A DNA stretch of 32,000 nucleotides from an uncultured archaeon (GTDB lineage Archaea; Iainarchaeota; Iainarchaeia; Iainarchaeales; 0-14-0-20-30-16): assembly GCA_964565725.1 (NCBI GenBank), contig CAZMGA010000006.1:1-32000 (forward strand). The letters run 5' to 3'. Each line of letters begins with the position of its first letter. The stretch's first letter is position 1. Positions 8,306-16,786 of the stretch are shown in pieces. The notes under the pieces were generated by a model. It was not told the origin of the DNA. It did not search any database and saw only the letters and a list, made by a program, of their open reading frames with translations. The position numbers were made by a program, and so were the translations under genes.

Positions 8306-10501
8306 ATGGATGCTGAAAATAATAAAGATAATAATGATTATGCTGAAGATTATAAGGATTTAGATGATAATTTATCAGGCAATATTTATGATGATGAATC
8401 ATTACCTAAGGATGAGGAATACAATCCTTTTATTAAAAAATTTGAATATTTTTTGAATTCTTATTATAAGAAAGAATTAGATTATCTAATTCAAGTTTAT
8501 CCTTCAAAGAAAAGTTTATTAATTGATTTTGAATTAATAGAACAATATGACCCTAGTTTAGCTGATGAATTAATTGCAAATCCTGAATATATTATTGGAA
8601 ATATTCATTCGGCCGCAAAAAATTATGAATCTATATTATTAGAAGAGAAAAAAGATTTTGATCCTGTTATAAGAATTAGTAATTTACCTAAAGATAAAAG
8701 AATTATGATAAAACACATATCTTCAGATCATTTAGGTAAGTTTATTTGTGTTGAGGGTTTAGTAAAACAATTTACAACTGTATTGCCAAAATTAAAAAAA
8801 GCACATTTTATTTGTCAAAAATGTGGATTTGAATTAAATTTACATCAAGAAAGTTTGGATTTAGTAAAACCAAAAATTTGCCCAGAGTGTAAACATAGAG
8901 TATTTACTTTGGATGAAATTAATAGTGAATTTATAGATTATCAAAAATTAGAAATACAAGATCTTTTAGAAAATCTAAGGGGTGGAGAACAAAGTAGTAC
9001 TATTAATGTTTATGTTCAAGGTGATTTAGTAAATTCTTTCACTGCTGGAGAAAGATTAATTATTTCTGGAATATTAAAATTAAGAACTCCGCCAGAAGTA
9101 AAACAAACTGTTTTCAGTCAATATATTTTATCATCTAGTATTGAATCAAGTAAACAAGATTTTGAAACTATAGAAATAACTAAAGAAGATGAAGAAAAAT
9201 TAAAAGAATTATCAAATAATCCCGAGATTTATAACATGTTAGTAGATTCTATAGCTCCGCATATAAATGGGCATCAAGAAATAAAATTGGCTGTAGCTTT
9301 ACAATTATTTGGAGGTGTTAGAAAAACTTTAGATAATCAATCAAAAATTAGAGGAAATTTACATATATTGTTAGTTGGTGATCCAGGTGTTGGAAAATCT
9401 CAAATTTTGAAAGCTGCTGAAAAAATCGCACCTAAAAGTATTTATATAGTTGGTAAAACTGCTTCTGGAGCAGGTCTTACTGCAACAGCTGTAAAAGATG
9501 AATTTGGAGAAGGTGGTTGGACACTAAAAGCAGGAGCATTAGTATTAGCAAATGGTGGATTTGCTATGGTAGATGAATTTGATAAAATGGATCCTGAAGA
9601 TAGAAGTGCAATGCACGAAGCATTAGAACAAGAAACAGTATCTATTGCAAAAGCTGGAATGGTAACTTCTTTTAAAACAGAAACTTCTGTATTAGCTGCT
9701 GCAAACCCTAAATATGGTAGATTTGATTCTCATAAAGATGTGCCTTCACAAATAGATATTCCTCCAACATTAATGTCTAGATTTGATTTATTTTTTGTTT
9801 TGCAAGATATTGTTGATAATGTAAAAGATAAAGAAACAATAGATTCTATTTTAAGAGCTCATAAAACTGGTGCTTTATTACAAAAACAAAAAGATTCACA
9901 GTTAAACGAAAGAGAAAAAACATCTTTAGATAAAATAAATATTATTTCTTCTTTAGATCAAGAGTTATTAAGAAAATATATTTCTTATGCAAGAACGAGA
10001 GTATTTCCTGTTTTAAGTGATGTGGGTTCAGAAATGCTTCAAAAGTTTTTTTTAAGTTTAAGACAAAAAAGTCAAGATGGAAGAGTAACTGTAACATATA
10101 GACAATTAGAAGCTTTAATTAGATTAGCAGAAGCTAGTGCAAGAGTAAGATTATCTGAAAAAGTTTTGGAAGAAGATATTGAAAGAGCTATTGGTTTATA
10201 TAAAAAATCTATGGAACAAGTTGGAATGGATCCAGAAACAGGAGAAATGGATATTGATTTAATAACCAGCGGTAGAAGTCATAGTCAAAATCAAAGACAT
10301 TTAAAAATAATGGAAATAATAACTAAATTAAATGCAATAACTGATTATGAAAAAGGAGTACCTATGGATTTAATTTTAGAACATTGTGAATCAGAAGGCA
10401 TAGATAAATTAAAAGCAAAAGAAATTATAAGAAAATTAATTAATACTGGAGAGTTATATGAACCAAGAAACGGATTCATCAAAGTTCCAAATTCTACATA
10501 A
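8306..10501 (+). CDS. mcm: Minichromosome maintenance (MCM) replicative helicase
   Basis: Zinc finger CQKCG...CPECK; Walker A GDPGVGKSQ; Walker B AMVDEFDKM; arginine finger PPTLMSRFDL; C-terminal winged helix. No intein insertion. Start chosen at MDAENN within the track ORF beginning at 8288. Confidence 0.97.
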   Translation: MDAENNKDNNDYAEDYKDLDDNLSGNIYDDESLPKDEEYNPFIKKFEYFLNSYYKKELDYLIQVYPSKKSLLIDFELIEQYDPSLADELIANPEYIIGNIHSAAKNYESILLEEKKDFDPVIRISNLPKDKRIMIKHISSDHLGKFICVEGLVKQFTTVLPKLKKAHFICQKCGFELNLHQESLDLVKPKICPECKHRVFTLDEINSEFIDYQKLEIQDLLENLRGGEQSSTINVYVQGDLVNSFTAGERLIISGILKLRTPPEVKQTVFSQYILSSSIESSKQDFETIEITKEDEEKLKELSNNPEIYNMLVDSIAPHINGHQEIKLAVALQLFGGVRKTLDNQSKIRGNLHILLVGDPGVGKSQILKAAEKIAPKSIYIVGKTASGAGLTATAVKDEFGEGGWTLKAGALVLANGGFAMVDEFDKMDPEDRSAMHEALEQETVSIAKAGMVTSFKTETSVLAAANPKYGRFDSHKDVPSQIDIPPTLMSRFDLFFVLQDIVDNVKDKETIDSILRAHKTGALLQKQKDSQLNEREKTSLDKINIISSLDQELLRKYISYARTRVFPVLSDVGSEMLQKFFLSLRQKSQDGRVTVTYRQLEALIRLAEASARVRLSEKVLEEDIERAIGLYKKSMEQVGMDPETGEMDIDLITSGRSHSQNQRHLKIMEIITKLNAITDYEKGVPMDLILEHCESEGIDKLKAKEIIRKLINTGELYEPRNGFIKVPNST

Positions 10502-10520
10502 AGTTAATATAAAATATAAA

Positions 10521-11390
10521 ATGCTTATTCAAGTTTTTTTATCATATGTATTAACTGCAATTATAGCTATATTTTTGGCAACTATATTTAAAATAAGTAA
10601 TATTCCTAAGGATACTTTTGCAGAACCTAATAGTTTTATTAATACTTTAATTATTTTTGGAATTATAATTATTGAAACTATTATTATAATAATTTTAATT
10701 AAAATATTTAAGAAAATAAATTTTTTAAAAATTATAGATATTTTAGCAACTTTTTTTTCATTATTTGGAATATTAAGTCTTTTTATAAATAATTTAATAA
10801 TTATTTTAGTTTTAACTTTGGGCTTAGTATTATTAAAAGAATTTTGGAATAATATGTGGTATAAAAATATAATGATTTTTTTAGTTGTTGGTTTTTTTAG
10901 TGCATATTTGGGTTATAGTTTAGGATTATTTCCTATAATGTTATTATTATTTTTAATAGGTATTTATGATTTTATTGCTGTGTTTAAAACTAAACACATG
11001 GTTTTTTTAGCAAATAAAATAACTCAAACAAATAATACTTTATTTATTATGGATTTTGGGAAATCAATTTCTAAAGTAAATCAAAATATTAAATCAAATA
11101 ATGATATCAAAGAAAATAAAAAAGAAAATATTGAAAATTTAAAAAAAGGAGACAGAGAACATTTATTTTTAGGTACTGGGGATTTTGCCTTACCATTAAT
11201 TGCAGTAGTATCAATGTATTTAATTAATCCTATTTTAGGGATAATTGGCTTTTTAGCAGTATTGTTTGGTTTAGAATTAACTATTTGGTTATTATTTAAC
11301 AAAAAGCATTTAGCTTTACCAGCTATTCCTTTGCAAGTAGTATCTCTTTTAATAATTTATGGGGTATATTTATTAATAAATTTATTTTAG
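10521..11390 (+). CDS. Presenilin-like / signal-peptide-peptidase-like intramembrane aspartyl protease
   Basis: Multi-TM protein with catalytic YD (LIGIYDFIAVF) and GTGD (LFLGTGDFALPLIA) motifs and a C-terminal LPAIP in place of the PAL motif. Start taken at ATG 10521 (MLIQVFLSY), since the track ORF overlaps mcm. Confidence 0.87.
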   Translation: MLIQVFLSYVLTAIIAIFLATIFKISNIPKDTFAEPNSFINTLIIFGIIIIETIIIIILIKIFKKINFLKIIDILATFFSLFGILSLFINNLIIILVLTLGLVLLKEFWNNMWYKNIMIFLVVGFFSAYLGYSLGLFPIMLLLFLIGIYDFIAVFKTKHMVFLANKITQTNNTLFIMDFGKSISKVNQNIKSNNDIKENKKENIENLKKGDREHLFLGTGDFALPLIAVVSMYLINPILGIIGFLAVLFGLELTIWLLFNKKHLALPAIPLQVVSLLIIYGVYLLINLF

Positions 11391-11404
11391 GTTTAGTGAA
11401 TTAT

Positions 11405-11980
11405 ATGAAATTTAAAAATAAATTAATTGGAGAAAGAATTGTTTTGAAAAAATCAAAACCAAGTTTTGATTTAGCCGAAAAAATATTTTTAAGTATAGAT
11501 AAAAATAGAGCTCACTTAAAAGAATGGTTTCCTTGGGAGAGTGAAACTAAAAAAATAGAAGATTCTATGAAATACTTATTTGAGACTGAAGAAAGAGAAA
11601 AAAAATTTGAAGAATTAGATTATGGAATTTATTTAGAAAATAAATTTATAGGAAAAATTAGTGCTTTTGATATTAATAAAAAGAATCAACGTTGTGAAAT
11701 AGGTTATTGGCTTTCTAAAGATTTTATAAATAAAGGTTATATGACTGAAGCAGTAAAGGTTTTGGAGAAATATTTGTTTGAAGATGTGAAAATAAACAGG
11801 ATTCAAATAAGATGTGATATTAGAAATATAGCTTCTGCAAGTGTTGCTAAGAAATGTAGCTATGTTTTTGAAGGCGAATTAAGAGAAGTAAAATATAATC
11901 TACTTAAGAGAGAATACATTTCAGAATATGTATTTTCTAAGTTAAAAAAGGAATATAAGCCAAAGAAATCTAGGAAATAA
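11405..11980 (+). CDS. GNAT-family N-acetyltransferase (RimJ/RimL-like)
   Basis: GERIVLKK...CEIGYWLSKDFINKGYMTEAVK...NRIQIRCDIRNIASASVAKKCSYVFEGELRE pattern. Confidence 0.92.
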   Translation: MKFKNKLIGERIVLKKSKPSFDLAEKIFLSIDKNRAHLKEWFPWESETKKIEDSMKYLFETEEREKKFEELDYGIYLENKFIGKISAFDINKKNQRCEIGYWLSKDFINKGYMTEAVKVLEKYLFEDVKINRIQIRCDIRNIASASVAKKCSYVFEGELREVKYNLLKREYISEYVFSKLKKEYKPKKSRK

Positions 11981-12067
11981 GCTAACTTAAGGTTTATAAA
12001 TATTTCTATATACTATATATTAATTACAATTAAGCCGTTGGAACTGCTTTTAGCAGGAGGTATCGTT

Positions 12068-12754
12068 TTGGTTATAGAAAAAAAAGAAAGTATAAAATTA
12101 GATGTAAGTGAAAAAAACATTGAAAAATACATTACTGCTTTAAAGGAAGCTAAGCCTAGAAAGTTTACTCAAACTGTAGAAGCTGGTATAAATTTAATGG
12201 GAATTAATTTTAAACAAACTGCCAATAAAATTGGTTTTGATATAGTTATTCCTCATCCATTTAGAAAAGCTCCAAAAGTAGCTTTATTTGCAAGTACTCC
12301 TAATTTTAGAGAAACTGTAAAAGGTGCTTTTGATAAAATATTTGATGGTGAAGAAATTCCTAATTTAAATAAAAAAACAGCAAAAAAAATAGCAAAAGAA
12401 TATGATTTATTTTTTGCAGAACCAACTGTATTACCTTTAGTAGGAAAATATTTGGGACAAACTTTTGCACCTAGAGGTAAAATGCCTAAACCTTGCCCTC
12501 CAACAGCTGATGCTGTTAAAGCTATGGTAAGTAGTTATTCAAAAACAATAACTGTTTCTAATAAAAAAGGTAATTCATTACCAGTATTACATTTTCCAAT
12601 AGGTAAAGAGGATATGCCAATTAAAGATTTAGCTGAAAACTTTTTAGCAATTTACAATAAATTATTAACTGTATTACCTGGAAATACTCAGAATTTGAAA
12701 TCAATGTACTTTAAAACTACTATGGGTCCAGTAAATTACATTTTTAAGAGGTAG
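12068..12754 (+). CDS. rpl1: 50S ribosomal protein L1 (uL1)
   Basis: L1 signatures FDIVIPHP, LGQTFAPRGKMPKPCPP, GNSLPVLHFPIG. Start proposed at TTG 12068, 6 nt after a perfect GGAGGT at 12056-12061. Confidence 0.95.
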   Translation: MVIEKKESIKLDVSEKNIEKYITALKEAKPRKFTQTVEAGINLMGINFKQTANKIGFDIVIPHPFRKAPKVALFASTPNFRETVKGAFDKIFDGEEIPNLNKKTAKKIAKEYDLFFAEPTVLPLVGKYLGQTFAPRGKMPKPCPPTADAVKAMVSSYSKTITVSNKKGNSLPVLHFPIGKEDMPIKDLAENFLAIYNKLLTVLPGNTQNLKSMYFKTTMGPVNYIFKR

Positions 12755-12761
12755 ATCGACA

Positions 12762-13625
12762 ATGGCAAAAAACGTAGAAATTAAAATGCATTATAAAAAA
12801 TGGAGACAAAATGAAAGAGCCATTATTGAAGACAAATTAAAAGATTATCCTTACATAATAATTGTTAATTTAAAAACATTACCTGCAAAAGCTGAAAGAG
12901 AATTTAGAGCTCTTTTAGTAAATAATGGTTGTTTTGTTAAAGTAGCAAATTCAAATGTAATTAAACATGCTTTACATAATAATAAAATAACTAATTTAGA
13001 TGATTATTTAAATGGTCCAACAATGTTAGCATTTAGTAAAGAAAATCCTTTTAAGATCTATAAGGAAATAAAAAAGAATGCAAGTGCTGCATTTGCAAAA
13101 GAAGGTATGATTGCTCCTGATGATATTTACATCCCTGAAGGAGATACTGGTATTGCTCCTGGTCCTGCATTAACAGACTTCAAATTAGCAAAAATAGATA
13201 CTCAAATAAGAGCTGGAAAAATATATGTATCTAAAAAAACTTTAGTTTGTAAAAAAGGAGACCCTGTAGATTCTAAAGCTGTTGTTTTATTAACTAAATT
13301 AAATATTAAACCTATGAAAGTTATTTTAGATATAAGAAAAGTATTAGATAAAAAAGACAATATTTTATATTCTAAAGATAATATAGATATTAATTTAGAA
13401 GATGTAATGAATAAAATAAAGAATGCGTATCAAAATTCATTTTTCTTGGCATTAAGTCAAGAATATATTACAAAACAAACAATTAAACCTTTATTGATTA
13501 AAGGTTATAAAAACACAAAAGCAATTGCTTTATCTAAAAATATTTTAAACAAAAATACTGCTAAAGATATTTTAATTAAAGCTCATAAAATTGCAAATAA
13601 TTTAAACAAAAAAACAAGTATTTAA
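12762..13625 (+). CDS. rpl10: 50S ribosomal protein L10 (uL10 / P0)
   Basis: Position between L1 and L12; EGDTGIAPGPALTDFKLAKI, GKIYVSKKTLVCKKGDPV and NIKPMKVILDI are typical of archaeal L10. Lacks the acidic C-terminal tail. Confidence 0.95.
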   Translation: MAKNVEIKMHYKKWRQNERAIIEDKLKDYPYIIIVNLKTLPAKAEREFRALLVNNGCFVKVANSNVIKHALHNNKITNLDDYLNGPTMLAFSKENPFKIYKEIKKNASAAFAKEGMIAPDDIYIPEGDTGIAPGPALTDFKLAKIDTQIRAGKIYVSKKTLVCKKGDPVDSKAVVLLTKLNIKPMKVILDIRKVLDKKDNILYSKDNIDINLEDVMNKIKNAYQNSFFLALSQEYITKQTIKPLLIKGYKNTKAIALSKNILNKNTAKDILIKAHKIANNLNKKTSI

Positions 13626-13637
13626 AGAGGTGGATTA

Positions 13638-13937
13638 ATGGAATATATATATGCTGCTATGTTATTAAATAGTGCTAAAAAAGAAATTACTGAAGAAAGT
13701 ATTACTAATATTATAAAAGCTGCTGGTTTAACAGTTGATAATGCTAAAGTTAAATCTTTAGTAGAAGCTTTAAAAGATGTTAACTTTGAAGATGTAATAA
13801 AAGAAGCATCAACAGTACAAGTTGCTGCTGCTCCAGTTGCTAGTGCTTCTGCTTCTGCAGTTAAAGAAGAAAAACCTGTAGAAGAAAAGAAAACTGAAGA
13901 AGAAGCTGCTGCTGGTTTAGGTAGTTTATTTGGTTAA
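13638..13937 (+). CDS. rpl12: 50S ribosomal protein L12/P1
   Basis: MEYIYAAMLLNSAKKEITEESITNIIKAAGL and C-terminal EEEAAAGLGSLFG. Confidence 0.97.
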   Translation: MEYIYAAMLLNSAKKEITEESITNIIKAAGLTVDNAKVKSLVEALKDVNFEDVIKEASTVQVAAAPVASASASAVKEEKPVEEKKTEEEAAAGLGSLFG

Positions 13938-13945
13938 ACAACCGT

Positions 13946-13966
13946 GGGGAATACATCCCCTTTTTT
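13946..13966 (+). terminator. Possible transcription terminator after the L1-L10-L12 operon
   Basis: GGGGA-ATACA-TCCCC hairpin followed by TTTTTT, 8 nt after the L12 stop codon. Confidence 0.5.
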
Positions 13967-14025
13967 CTATTTTTTAATTATGTTTTTAATAATATCTGAT
14001 TTTTATTATTTATGATTTATATGGT

Positions 14026-14427
14026 ATGCCTGGAGCAAAATTAGATTTTGGTGAAGAGATTTTACAAGGAGCAAAAAGAGAATTAAAAGAAGAAACTAAT
14101 TTAGATGGTAAAGGAAAAATAATTGCAATAAATAATATTTTAACTTATGAAAAATCTATACCTTTAACACATTTTACTCAATTTGTTGTTTTATTTGATA
14201 ATGTTTCAGGAAAACTAATTGAAGAAAATAGAGAAGGTAGTTATACTTTTGTGGATCAAAAAGAATTTGAAATTAAATATAAAGAAAATAGATTATTCCC
14301 AGATAATTTATTAATATTTAATATTGTAGATAATTATTATAAAGAAAATAAATTAAAAATGTATGAATTAAAAATGTTCAAAGAAGGAAATAGATTTTTG
14401 AATATTGACCATAAAGAAATTTGTTAA
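14026..14427 (+). CDS. Nudix-family hydrolase, apparently lacking the usual N-terminal strands
   Basis: PGAKLDFGEEILQGAKRELKEETNLDG is a Nudix box (GX5EX7REUXEEXGU-type), but it begins at residue 2; an in-frame TAA lies 11 codons upstream. Confidence 0.8.
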   Translation: MPGAKLDFGEEILQGAKRELKEETNLDGKGKIIAINNILTYEKSIPLTHFTQFVVLFDNVSGKLIEENREGSYTFVDQKEFEIKYKENRLFPDNLLIFNIVDNYYKENKLKMYELKMFKEGNRFLNIDHKEIC

Positions 14428-14789
14428 TTTATAATTTCAATATGCATACTTTTACAAGTTCCAATTAAATTGTTTATTTTAGTTTTATCATTTTTAAAAA
14501 AGTCTTTTACTATTGTTTCTAAATCAGAATAGTTTATTTTATTATTTTTTGCAAATCTTTTTATTATTTCTGAAGTTTTATTTGTTAAATTAATAAAACT
14601 ATAAGTTCTATTTCCAACATCTATATTTAGATTTATTTTTGAATAAGGATCAATTTCTTTGTTATTTAATAATTTATTAATATCATAAACTAATAAATTA
14701 ATGTCTATGCCATATTGTGCTACTAAAGGACCTATATCTGCACAATTTACTATTTCTTTTTTAATTGGAATTTCTAAAATTATATTCAT
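14424..14789 (-). CDS. rpl11: Highly divergent 50S ribosomal protein L11 (uL11)
   Basis: ADIGPLVAQYGIDINLLVYDINKLL aligns with (L)GPxLGPLGINxxxVVxxINEKT; NKTSEIIKR with PPTTALIKKE; LIGTCKSMHIEI with VLGTCVSMGVTVEG. Encoded directly downstream of spt5. Confidence 0.75.
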   Translation of the reverse strand: MNIILEIPIKKEIVNCADIGPLVAQYGIDINLLVYDINKLLNNKEIDPYSKINLNIDVGNRTYSFINLTNKTSEIIKRFAKNNKINYSDLETIVKDFFKNDKTKINNLIGTCKSMHIEIIN

Positions 14790-14824
14790 AAATACCAGTA
14801 AAAATAGAAAAATAAAGAATAAAA

Positions 14825-15259
14825 TTATTCTTTATATAATTTAACTGTTTCAGCTTTTATTGTAATTGGCATTTTAATAGTAGCATCTAAAATTTCAACA
14901 GTTACTTCTTCTTTTGTAGGATTATCTCTAATAATACGAGCTTTTTCTCCTTTCAAATAACCACTTTTTATTTCTACTATTGCACCTGGTTTTAATTTTT
15001 CCATTACACTTTCTAAATGTAATAAAGATTCTAATTCTTTATCTGAAACATAGCCTATAGTCATAGAATTTTTCTTAATATAAGTTATATCTGCAATAGC
15101 TCTTTTTAATGTATTATCATTGTTTGCTTCTACAATTAAATAATTTTTTATGTTTGGCAAACTAATAATAGAATAAATTGGTAGTTCCTTTGATTTATTT
15201 TTTAAAATCGCTGAAACTAATTCTATTTGTCCTGGGGCTACTTTTAAAGTAAATATCAT
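14825..15259 (-). CDS. spt5: Transcription elongation factor Spt5 (NusG-like, NGN+KOW)
   Basis: MIFTLKVAPGQIELVS..., YIKKNSMTIGYVSDKE, VMEKLKPGAIVEIKSGYLKGEKARIIRDNPTKEEVTVEI. True start likely at 15259; the track ORF to 15364 overlaps secE. Confidence 0.93.
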   Translation of the reverse strand: MIFTLKVAPGQIELVSAILKNKSKELPIYSIISLPNIKNYLIVEANNDNTLKRAIADITYIKKNSMTIGYVSDKELESLLHLESVMEKLKPGAIVEIKSGYLKGEKARIIRDNPTKEEVTVEILDATIKMPITIKAETVKLYKE

Positions 15260-15267
15260 AAAATCAC

Positions 15268-15438
15268 CTATGGCATGTAAAATAAATATAATAGTAATGT
15301 AATTAAGAAACCTATAAATCCAATTGCTAATATACCTATTCCTACTATTTTTGCTAAACCCCAATATTCTTTTGCTGTTGGTTTTTTAGCTACTAAAAAT
15401 ACTCTTTTAGCATTTGAAAAAAATGTTGATATATTCAT
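15268..15438 (-). CDS. secE: Protein translocase subunit SecE (Sec61-gamma)
   Basis: Below the track length cutoff. Translation: MNISTFFSNAKRVFLVAKKPTAKEYWGLAKIVGIGILAIGFIGFLITLLLYLFYMP. Amphipathic helix with KKPTAKEYW then a TM helix, placed between ftsZ and spt5. Confidence 0.93.
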   Translation of the reverse strand: MNISTFFSNAKRVFLVAKKPTAKEYWGLAKIVGIGILAIGFIGFLITLLLYLFYMP

Positions 15439-15446
15439 CTAATCAC

Positions 15447-16571
15447 TTAACCCATATATTTTATATCTAAATCATTATCATCTAATTCATCTAATTCTCT
15501 TCTTCTTTTATTTAATGGTTTTTTTTCTGGATCTAAGTATGGAAAATACCCTCCAACAATAACAACCATTGCTTTAATTTGTGTTTTTGGTAATTCTGGG
15601 TCTATCATAGCTCCAAAAATAATATGACTTTCAGGATCTATTTTAGATGCAACTGCTTCAACAACAGTTTGAGATTCTTTTAAGGACATTTCAGAACCAC
15701 CTACAACATTAATTAATGCTTTTGAAGATGTGCTTATATCTACATCTAATAATGGAGAACTTAATGCATCTTCAGCTGCTTGTAATGCTCTAGTTTCTGG
15801 TGTAGCGTTAGGATCTGATTCTCCTAAACCTATCATTGCTGGTCCACCATTTTTTAATATTGTTTTTAAATCTGCGAAATCTAAATTAATTAATCCTATT
15901 TTAGTAATCATATCTATTATACCTTTAACAGCATTTGCTAATACTTCATCTGCAACTTTGAATGCTGCATCTAATGGTAAATCAGGTGCAATTTCTAAAA
16001 TTTTATCATTTGGGATAACTATTACTGTATCAACGCTTTTTCTTAATTTTGCTAAACCATCTAATGCGTTATCCATTCTTTTTTTACCTTCAACAGTGAA
16101 TGGTAAAGTAATAACTGCTACAGTTAAACAATCCATTTCTTTTGCTATTTCTGCAACTACTGGTGCTGAACCCGTTCCTGTTCCTCCACCCATACCTGCT
16201 GTAATAAATACTAAATCTGAATTTTTAATTTCTTTTTCTATATCTGATTTTGATTCTCTAGCTGCATTTTCTCCCACATTAGGGTCGGAACCTGCACCTA
16301 AACCTCTAGTTAATTTTTTACCTAATAATATTCTTTTATCACAATCTAAATGTGCTAATGCTTGTGCATCTGTATTTAAACCTATTAATGTAGCACCACT
16401 AACACCTAATTCTTTTATTCTTAAAATAGTGTTTCCACCACCACCACCCATACCAAATACGCTTATTTTTGGTTTGGAATTTTCTAAAACAGATAATAAA
16501 TCTTTATCTGGTTCAACAATTACTTTTGGTTCATTTATGCCTTTTACTGCATTTTTTAAAAGTGATTTCAT
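15447..16571 (-). CDS. ftsZ: Cell division protein FtsZ
   Basis: GMGGGGGNTILRI, ITAGMGGGTGTGSAPVVAEIAKE tubulin signature, TVIVIPNDKIL. Confidence 0.98.
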   Translation of the reverse strand: MKSLLKNAVKGINEPKVIVEPDKDLLSVLENSKPKISVFGMGGGGGNTILRIKELGVSGATLIGLNTDAQALAHLDCDKRILLGKKLTRGLGAGSDPNVGENAARESKSDIEKEIKNSDLVFITAGMGGGTGTGSAPVVAEIAKEMDCLTVAVITLPFTVEGKKRMDNALDGLAKLRKSVDTVIVIPNDKILEIAPDLPLDAAFKVADEVLANAVKGIIDMITKIGLINLDFADLKTILKNGGPAMIGLGESDPNATPETRALQAAEDALSSPLLDVDISTSSKALINVVGGSEMSLKESQTVVEAVASKIDPESHIIFGAMIDPELPKTQIKAMVVIVGGYFPYLDPEKKPLNKRRRELDELDDNDLDIKYMG

Positions 16572-16786
16572 TTACACACCTCACAGATTAATATAATATA
16601 TATTATAATATAATAATAAGGAACATATTTAAATATATAGTTTATAAAAAGATCTTATTTTTTAATTTTAAATTTATAATAATAAAACAATAGAAATGTA
16701 TATAAATGAATTATTTAATATTTTAATTTATAATTTTTATTGAAAATTATAGAAACCTATTTAAATGATAAATATATATTTGTTTC

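Noticed and set aside
8306-10501. Intein in MCM
   Set aside because: Walker A, Walker B and arginine-finger regions are contiguous with normal spacing.
15730-16596. 288 aa + strand ORF opposite ftsZ
   Set aside because: Antisense frame of a strongly conserved FtsZ gene; composition is a mirror of the sense codons and no recognisable domain.
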